From: Candidatus Saccharimonadia bacterium | Lineage (GTDB): Bacteria; Patescibacteriota; Saccharimonadia; UBA4664 | Direction: 5' to 3' | Assembly (NCBI GenBank): GCA_038245115.1 | Contig: JBBRSS010000005.1 | Coordinates: 3,141-67,140, forward strand | DNA length: 64,000 nucleotides | In this document: positions 57,841 through 64,000 of the stretch, in pieces | Layout: every line of letters starts with the position of its first letter | Numbering within the stretch: the stretch's first letter is position 1 | The notes under the pieces: generated by a model | What the model was told of the DNA's origin: nothing | What the model saw: only the letters and a program-made list of their open reading frames with translations | Database searches by the model: none | Position numbers and translations under genes: made by a program

Positions 57841-58905
57841 CTACGCTGCTGAGCTCTGTTCTTTGTCGTTGTATGTTGGTCGCGCTTCGGCAGGTGCAGC
57901 AGCAGGTAACTGATATAGCTTATCTGCGCCTAGGTCTGCAACGATTTGACTGCGTACGGCTTCCATTTTGATCTTGTATTCTTCACGAGCAGCTACAACT
58001 TCAGAGGCTTTCTTGTCGAGCATAGCCTGTAGCATTTCCTTAGCAGCGTCACTACTTGCCGTAGCAAGCCGCTCCTCAAGTTTGATAATTTCATCGCCAA
58101 AGACTTCATCTGTAATTGTTTGCAGCTCTGCAACGCCTGCTTCTCCCACGGCAATTTTTTCCTCTACAGTAGCTTTTGCCTGCTCAAGGTCAGTAGAAAA
58201 CTTTGCGTATTCCGTTGCGTGTATACCACGAATGCCTTTTAATAGTCCGAGTGAGTCGTTTGTCTCGCGGAAGTTCTCGACAAGGTCAGGATGATTGTTG
58301 AGTAGATTATCGAAGTCTCCGCTCATTAGTAGTCCAGAACTATCTGTATAGCCACCGGTATCACGGCCGCGATGTACGCGGTTTCCGTCAACATCATGCA
58401 TGACTCGCTTATTCTCAACGCTGAACATCTCGTATTTACGAAAACGTTCCATCGCACTAACGTGTGTATTGGCGTCTGCTACGCCGCCAAGCGTTTGATC
58501 CAATCGCTCTGCAAGTGCGGCCATCGGCTCGGCTTTTATTGCTCCGTAAAGTTCTTTTTGCTCGCTTTTCTCTGGGGCAAGCTTTTGTATAACATCCTGA
58601 AGCGTACCTGCTCGCCGTCCATCTTTGTCATAGCCTTGCATTGCATCGAGGAACTTGTCTGCTCCATAACGATCAACCATTACTTGAAGTCCTGCACCTA
58701 TAATACTACCCTCAAGTCCTCGCTGTACCTCGTCTATACCATGTAGCTCGCCGGCTTTTTGTTGTAGGGTGTCAATATCGCTTTTTTCAAGAGTTTTCTC
58801 TTGCTCTAGAAGCATAAGTCCAGTTTCAACAGGCGCATTTTGTTCAACCGTGTCGCTAGTTTGCTCTTGGGGTTGTTCTGGTGTCATTCGGATGAGTTCA
58901 CTCAT
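57841..58905 (-). CDS. acidic helical/coiled-coil hypothetical protein (cargo)
   Basis: 354-aa ORF; Glu/Lys/Ala-rich C-terminus. Confidence 0.6.
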   Translation of the reverse strand: MSELIRMTPEQPQEQTSDTVEQNAPVETGLMLLEQEKTLEKSDIDTLQQKAGELHGIDEVQRGLEGSIIGAGLQVMVDRYGADKFLDAMQGYDKDGRRAGTLQDVIQKLAPEKSEQKELYGAIKAEPMAALAERLDQTLGGVADANTHVSAMERFRKYEMFSVENKRVMHDVDGNRVHRGRDTGGYTDSSGLLMSGDFDNLLNNHPDLVENFRETNDSLGLLKGIRGIHATEYAKFSTDLEQAKATVEEKIAVGEAGVAELQTITDEVFGDEIIKLEERLATASSDAAKEMLQAMLDKKASEVVAAREEYKIKMEAVRSQIVADLGADKLYQLPAAAPAEARPTYNDKEQSSAA

Positions 58906-59203
58906 GCTTTCCTTTTCCCTTGTAGTGTTATTTTAGTTGTTTGTTTTTGTTCTAACCTGCTAACAATATAGCATACGTAGGTAATATTGTCAAGGTAACG
59001 CAACCGTTCGGGGAGGTTCACTATTGAAATCACAAGAAACTAAATAGCCAGTAGTTTATATTCGGAGACATATCCTGTACTAGTTGGCCCATGTTGTTTT
59101 ACAATATATTCCTCTTCTAGGAGTATGTCAGTGTAGTCAGCCTCTAGGTGGCCGATTGTTAAACTCCTGGACTTTGTACCCCATTGCGGTACATTGTCCT
59201 TGT

Positions 59204-60568
59204 ATGGAATCAATCGTATCCCAACAGACACCACAGGTAGCAAAAACAGCACTGATTCGCTGGTGTTTGTACGCTCGCAAATCCAGCGAGCAAGACGAAC
59301 GCCAAGCCTTATCAATCGAGCAACAAATCAAGGAAATGCTACTACTTGCCGACCATTGGGGCATAGAAATAGCCGAAGTTCGCAAAGAGAGTCATTCCTC
59401 CAAAGAATCAGGCACTAGGCCGATCTATAACCGACTTATTAAGGACATTCAACTTGGCTACTTCAACGGAATTGTGACATGGGCACCTGATAGGTTGTCC
59501 CGAAATGCCGGTGACCTTGGTATTCTGGTAGATTTGATGGATCAGGGTAAGCTCGCGGAGATCCGCACTCACGGTCAAACGTTCACTAACTCGCCAAATG
59601 AGAAGTTCCTGCTGATGATTCTTGGCTCACAGGCCAAGCTAGAGAACGATAACAGAGGCCTCAATGTCATCCGGGGACTACACAACAAAGCCGCCAACGG
59701 CTGGAGACCTGGAGTTGCGCCGATCGGCTACCTGAATAATGGTCTCGGCGATGAGAAGATAATTGTCGATGAAATTCGATCACCGATCATTGTAGAAATG
59801 TTTGAGAGAGTCGCCAAACAAGCCTACACCGGCCGGGAAGTAAAACGCTGGCTCGATGGCATAGACTTCGTAAGCAGACATGGTAAACGCCTCGTCTTAA
59901 GCCATATTTACCGTACGCTAAAGAATCCCTTCTACTACGGCGAGTTCCAATACCCCAAGACCAGCGAAACGATGCATCACTGAAAACATGCACCGATAAT
60001 CAGCAAAGATCTGTTTGACGAAGTCCAGATCCAGCTGACGGTAGCCCCAAAGGCTCCAGCAGGTACCAAAGAGTTTAGTTTCACTAGGATGATCAAATGT
60101 GGTGTTTGTAAAACGGGTGTTACAGCAGAAGAAAAGTTGAAGAAGCTCAAAACTGGCGAGATCAGACGGTATGTGTACTACCACTGCGGTAGGGCAAACG
60201 ATCTTGACTGCATCCAGCCATACATTCGCGAAGGCGAACTGATGATCGAGTTGCTTAATGTTATCGATGAGCTTGAAATAGATGAAATAGGTGCTCACCA
60301 ACAGTTCAAAGAAGAACTCATACGATATGAGAGGTTTATAGGCGTATTAGAGCAAAGTAACAATAGTAGTTCTCAAAAAACCAAGCCAACGATCGATCTG
60401 AAAGCATACTCAAAGTATGTGCTGCAACATGGAACTAAAGAAGAAAAGCGTGAGATTCTCCAATATGTAACCGGCGAATTATTCCTCAAAGATCAAAAGG
60501 TCTATGTTGAGCGAAAAACGAGGTCTAAAAAGTTTATCCCGGCCAGTTCGAATCCCATCGCCATCTGA
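59204..60568 (+). pseudogene. large serine recombinase with one in-frame TGA (59981-59983)
   Basis: YARKSSE, WAPDRLSRN, APIGY, NPFYYG; same frame continues *KHAPIISKDLFDEVQ...CGVC...YYHC. Confidence 0.85.
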
Positions 60569-60677
60569 ACGGGAATGGTCAAAATTCACGCACCACATAA
60601 CATTTTGCGGTAATTAAAAACGACCTTGTACCTTTAGTATGCACTTTAGGTGGACGGGTCGTTTTAGAACTTTATTC

Positions 60678-60790
60678 TTGGCGGAGCAGCCGGGTCAGGA
60701 ACTTTCCGACTGTCTCAAGGATTATATCCCTTAAGGAGGAAATGAGACAAATAAGACACTATAAAAAGGGGATTGTTTCGTGTCTCATTT
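60678..60790 (+). repeat. composite element-end motif, copy 3
   Basis: TTGGCGGAGCAGCCGGGTCAGGAAC-N37-AAATGAGACAAATAAGACAC-N20-GTGTCTCATTT. Confidence 0.85.
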
Positions 60791-60924
60791 CGAAGCCCTC
60801 GTAGCCTTGACTTGACTGAATCGCTATTACAACGCATGGGCTAGCGTTCTGACCTTTTAATCCGCTTAAGCTTGCATTATCAGATAGGGAGAGTAGTTAA
60901 TGGTGCCTTAAATAGGAATAAATC

Positions 60925-61089
60925 ATGGTACAAATTAGCAAACAGGATCTCGAAGAATTTAAGCGTATTACTAGGGAAATGCGTGACCTAGAGTTTCCCA
61001 ATGATGAAGCGGCAATGCGGGCAGCTCAGAGGCTAGTCCGTTTGTTCGAAAAGAGACGCACCCTAAAACTTCCAACTTTGAAGTCTTAG
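60925..61089 (+). CDS. 54-aa small helical protein
   Basis: MVQISKQDLEEFKRITREMRDLEFPNDEAAMRAAQRLVRLFEKRRTLKLPTLKS; AGGA RBS; resembles ORF 1-104. Confidence 0.6.
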   Translation: MVQISKQDLEEFKRITREMRDLEFPNDEAAMRAAQRLVRLFEKRRTLKLPTLKS

Positions 61090-61107
61090 GGTGCGGCCCG
61101 ACCGAAG

Positions 61108-61743
61108 TCAGGCCTGCTCCTCGAGAATTCCTTTGGACCTCAAGAAGTCTTCGGGATCTTCGACCCCGTTCTCGATCAGGAGCGTGAAGGCGCAGCCAAG
61201 CGCCTCATCCATTGGCATTATAGCCAGTTCCTCGCAATCCTCAGCTGAGAGCACCTCGCCGCAGACATTGGCAAGTTGCTCGCTGGTTGGCTCTTTGGTG
61301 GCCACTTCTGGGATTCTTTCGCCGTCGGTTTGAACACCTAGTGCTTCTTCCAAAACCGGCATAACGTCTGCAAAGCCCATATTGTCGGCATAGGTCAGTG
61401 CATCCTGCAGATCTTCGGCGTAATTCTCGCTCCGGCCGCCATCACGACGAATCAGACCCATTTGCACAATCAGGCCAATCTGAGCTTTCGCAAAGTCATC
61501 ACCCTCTCGTTGATTGACTACCTCTTCGGCGAGCAAGTGGTAGCGAGTAGCCAACTCTTTGACATCAGCACCGGCCGACATGGCTTCAACCAGCTGTCCA
61601 CGGAGCTGGCCCAGTTCTTCCGTCTCAACAAAGCCCAATGTTTCAGGCAGAGCGTCAATGGCAGGTCTTGCCTCCATTTCGGGGCTCCTTTCAGAATCTG
61701 GTGGCTGTGAAGAATCAAAGCCTAATGGATGTTCATGCTCCAT
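61108..61743 (-). CDS. acidic hypothetical protein
   Basis: 211-aa ORF; TAGAAT 7 nt before ATG. Confidence 0.6.
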   Translation of the reverse strand: MEHEHPLGFDSSQPPDSERSPEMEARPAIDALPETLGFVETEELGQLRGQLVEAMSAGADVKELATRYHLLAEEVVNQREGDDFAKAQIGLIVQMGLIRRDGGRSENYAEDLQDALTYADNMGFADVMPVLEEALGVQTDGERIPEVATKEPTSEQLANVCGEVLSAEDCEELAIMPMDEALGCAFTLLIENGVEDPEDFLRSKGILEEQA

Positions 61744-61748
61744 AGCCT

Positions 61749-63194
61749 CTATTCTAACTTGTCTTTGGCGTCAGTTCTCCTTATTTCTCGGCCCAAGCTG
61801 TCTTTTTTGACGTTAGGGATCTCTTCTTTACCGCTGCTCATCTTAAAATCGAATGTCCGGATAAAGTCAGGCACTGAGTCATCATTATCGCGCATCGGTA
61901 TGATCACTCGGAGTAGCGGATTCATTTTGGATCGAATAAAAGGAATACTGGTCGACTTTTTCTTGCCGCTCTTAAGGGTGATCTCGGCTGGTACCGAATC
62001 CAGAGTCATATTGTGCAGGTAAACCAGGGACGATTCACGAAGGTTGCGCTCTCTTGGGCTCAGCGTTGTCGGTGGATGATCCGGCAGTTCTTCAACTGGC
62101 TTCGCTGTTGGTGGCGGTAAGGTGCCATGCTTGGCTTTTTGCTCGATTAGCTTCCGTAGTTCATCTTCGCTTTCGTAGGCTCGGAGCCGACCGGTCAAAT
62201 AGCCAACTCGGTAACTCACCCCCTCGCTCATCAGTCGCCAATTTGTGTCTTCAAGGGTCTTACCGATCAGTTTTTGCAGATCTTTTTTGCTGTTATATTC
62301 TTCACGCTCTGGTTTAGCGTCTAGGCAACTGAAACCAACAGCCACCTCGCGGCCTAGCTGCGGCTGATCCAGCTTAAACTCGGTGTAGCTAGCTTTCTCT
62401 AGGATTGGTTTCAAGATCTCAGCCAACTGAGCAATTTTGAGCTTCTTGATATCTTTGATGGTCTCATAGATATCGGTATGCACAGCTTGATCAGCGACGG
62501 TAGCCTCGAGCTTCATTAGACGCTCGAGATGACGGCGTTTCTGCTCGTACTTAAACATCATGTCACTATCGAAGACAAACCGCTTATTATCCAGCTCATA
62601 GTTAGGATCGGGTGGCTCTTCTTCGGTACTTCCACCAAGCTCAAAGCTGTCTTGGTAACTATGTCCACATTTTGGGCATTTGTAGGTAATTGTGACAATC
62701 TTGTTATCAGTTTTGCCGGTATGATCCATTGATTCGCCGCATTTCTCGCATAAGGTCTTGGCACCCTCCCACTCGGTGCCGTCTTGCCAGTAAGCCTGGC
62801 GCTTATTGCAGCTATCACACTCAAACATCAGTAGGATATCATCTTCATTGCGACCCTCGCGACGCATATAGTTCTTGCTAATCACCCGCATATCTTTGCC
62901 GCAACTGCGGCAGTACATACTACCCTCGACGTGGGCGTTAGCTAAGACACGGTCTTTCTCTTCGTCCCGAGCCAGCCAGTCATTGATGGTCTGATCACCC
63001 TTTACTGCTCGCGCGGCTGCCTGGGACTCAACGAGGCCAAAATAAAGCTGGCTATAGAACAAGTACCAGGCAGGACGACGTTGTTCAATTTCTGACGGTG
63101 GCACTTTCCGTTCCATCTCGCGGAAAGTGCCATTAACTATTCGTTCGCCAGAGCGACAGCCCTCAACTGTGATCTCGTCATAGACGATCCTCAT
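61749..63194 (-). CDS. multi zinc-ribbon hypothetical protein (5' end probably frameshifted from ATG 63210)
   Basis: CRSC, CDSC, CEKC, CPKC motifs. Confidence 0.7.
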   Translation of the reverse strand: MRIVYDEITVEGCRSGERIVNGTFREMERKVPPSEIEQRRPAWYLFYSQLYFGLVESQAAARAVKGDQTINDWLARDEEKDRVLANAHVEGSMYCRSCGKDMRVISKNYMRREGRNEDDILLMFECDSCNKRQAYWQDGTEWEGAKTLCEKCGESMDHTGKTDNKIVTITYKCPKCGHSYQDSFELGGSTEEEPPDPNYELDNKRFVFDSDMMFKYEQKRRHLERLMKLEATVADQAVHTDIYETIKDIKKLKIAQLAEILKPILEKASYTEFKLDQPQLGREVAVGFSCLDAKPEREEYNSKKDLQKLIGKTLEDTNWRLMSEGVSYRVGYLTGRLRAYESEDELRKLIEQKAKHGTLPPPTAKPVEELPDHPPTTLSPRERNLRESSLVYLHNMTLDSVPAEITLKSGKKKSTSIPFIRSKMNPLLRVIIPMRDNDDSVPDFIRTFDFKMSSGKEEIPNVKKDSLGREIRRTDAKDKLE

Positions 63195-63212
63195 ATCTTT
63201 TACGATCCATGT

Positions 63213-64000
63213 CTAATCCTCCTGCTTGGTTAATGCCTTTATTGTAATAAGCTGGCTCAGCTCATATGCGTCGGCGTGAGAGCACAACCCAACGTAAGAC
63301 GTCAGACTGATGATATCCACCCTCTCGAGCGCTCGTAGCTTGGTCTTGTGGCGCAGAACGATACATTGAGGCTTGAGCACATAGCCCAAGAAGTCTATTC
63401 CCTGACCCCAGCTCCGGATGGTGATCTTATTGGGGTGGATCGTAAGACCCAGCCGCACACTTAAGAACTGAGTAATCGGCTCAATCAAATCGAGTAAATG
63501 CTGTCGGTTGGTACTGAGAACAATGAAATCATCACAGTAGCGCAGATAATGCCTCTCACGTAAGCGATTCTTCACGAACCAATCAAACTCATGCAAGTAA
63601 ATATTAGCAAAGAGCTGGCTGGTGAGATTGCCGAGTGGAATACCTTTGCCTGGGCTTGTAGAGAGGCTGTCGATTATCGTTTGAAGCAACTTGAGTGTAT
63701 CTGCGTCAGTAACTTTCTGCTTCAGTAGATCCATAAGAATCTCGTGATCAACCGAGGCAAAGAACTGCTTCACATCACACTTGAGGGCGTACACCGTTTG
63801 GGTGTTGTTATGGCTAGCTTGTCGCAAGAAGGTTCGCAAACGCCTAACTGCCGCGTGAGTGCCTTTTTTCTTGCGGCAGGAATAGCTGTCATAGATAAAC
63901 TGGCGTTCGAATAGTGGCTCAATGGCACTAACGAGCGCCTGATGAACTAAGCGGTCTTGGACAGTAGCCTTATGGATTCGGCGCGTTTTTGGATCGCAAA
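63213..64000 (-). CDS. DGR-type reverse transcriptase (N-terminus off-window)
   Basis: Frame open to edge: DPKTRRIHKATVQDRLVHQA, DSYSCRKKKGTH, KCDVKQFF, GIPLGNLTSQLFANIYL, RYCDDF, GIDFLGY; ends soon after, no maturase or endonuclease tail. Confidence 0.88.
   Translation of the reverse strand, partial: CDPKTRRIHKATVQDRLVHQALVSAIEPLFERQFIYDSYSCRKKKGTHAAVRRLRTFLRQASHNNTQTVYALKCDVKQFFASVDHEILMDLLKQKVTDADTLKLLQTIIDSLSTSPGKGIPLGNLTSQLFANIYLHEFDWFVKNRLRERHYLRYCDDFIVLSTNRQHLLDLIEPITQFLSVRLGLTIHPNKITIRSWGQGIDFLGYVLKPQCIVLRHKTKLRALERVDIISLTSYVGLCSHADAYELSQLITIKALTKQED

Larger units (their letters stand above)
57696..60677. mobile_element. about 3.0-kb integrative unit A (cargo ORF plus serine recombinase) bounded by direct end motifs
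   Basis: Direct-orientation motif copies 2982 bp apart flank the recombinase; visibly more AT-rich than flanks. Confidence 0.65.
60678..64000. mobile_element. integrative unit B (right end off-window) carrying DGR-type RT
   Basis: Starts at end motif copy 3; accessory gene content. Confidence 0.55.

Noticed and set aside
60733-60804. AAGGAGG-ATG 20-codon ORF over end-motif copy 3
   Set aside because: RBS spacing is too short and no equivalent ORF exists at the other two copies.
1-64000. Genome-wide UGA=Gly recoding (code 25)
   Set aside because: Conserved genes are uninterrupted, and TGA is a real stop in recF and in several ATGA/GTGA overlaps; only one internal TGA was seen.
63213-64000. 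Group II intron
   Set aside because: No maturase X or endonuclease domain, YCDD and SQ rather than YADD and SP, and the next gene starts immediately with no room for domains V-VI.

Overview
Chromosomal window spanning the replication origin of what is most likely a Patescibacteria/CPR bacterium (Saccharibacteria-like; inferred from the PrgI-VirB4-pilin cluster and compact gene order; genetic code 11). Left to right: the end of an integrated element (1-350); envelope genes; a small AT-rich AbrB/Bro-N/replication-relaxation islet; a large surface-glycan locus (manC, gmd, rmd, wzm/wzt, GT4s, FkbM methyltransferase, GtrA/GT2, beta-propeller protein); a vapBC-like pair; jag-yidC-rnpA-rpmH-oriC-dnaA-dnaN-recF; a T4SS-like cluster with a three-domain cell-wall hydrolase and five pilins; hsp20, comF, tRNA-Ser(GCT); and tandem integrated elements carrying a nonsense-interrupted serine recombinase and a DGR-type reverse transcriptase cut by the window edge. 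Two unexplained signals stand out. First, two 31-bp palindromic units lie just downstream of the Bro-N gene; both read like the gene's own VYEKIVQLK segment, one sharing its core exactly and the other giving an alternative version. Second, a composite element-end signature (tRNA-3'-like core plus a tripartite GRGACA box) occurs three times, twice followed by similar small helical ORFs. All annotations were made by eye; no searches were run.
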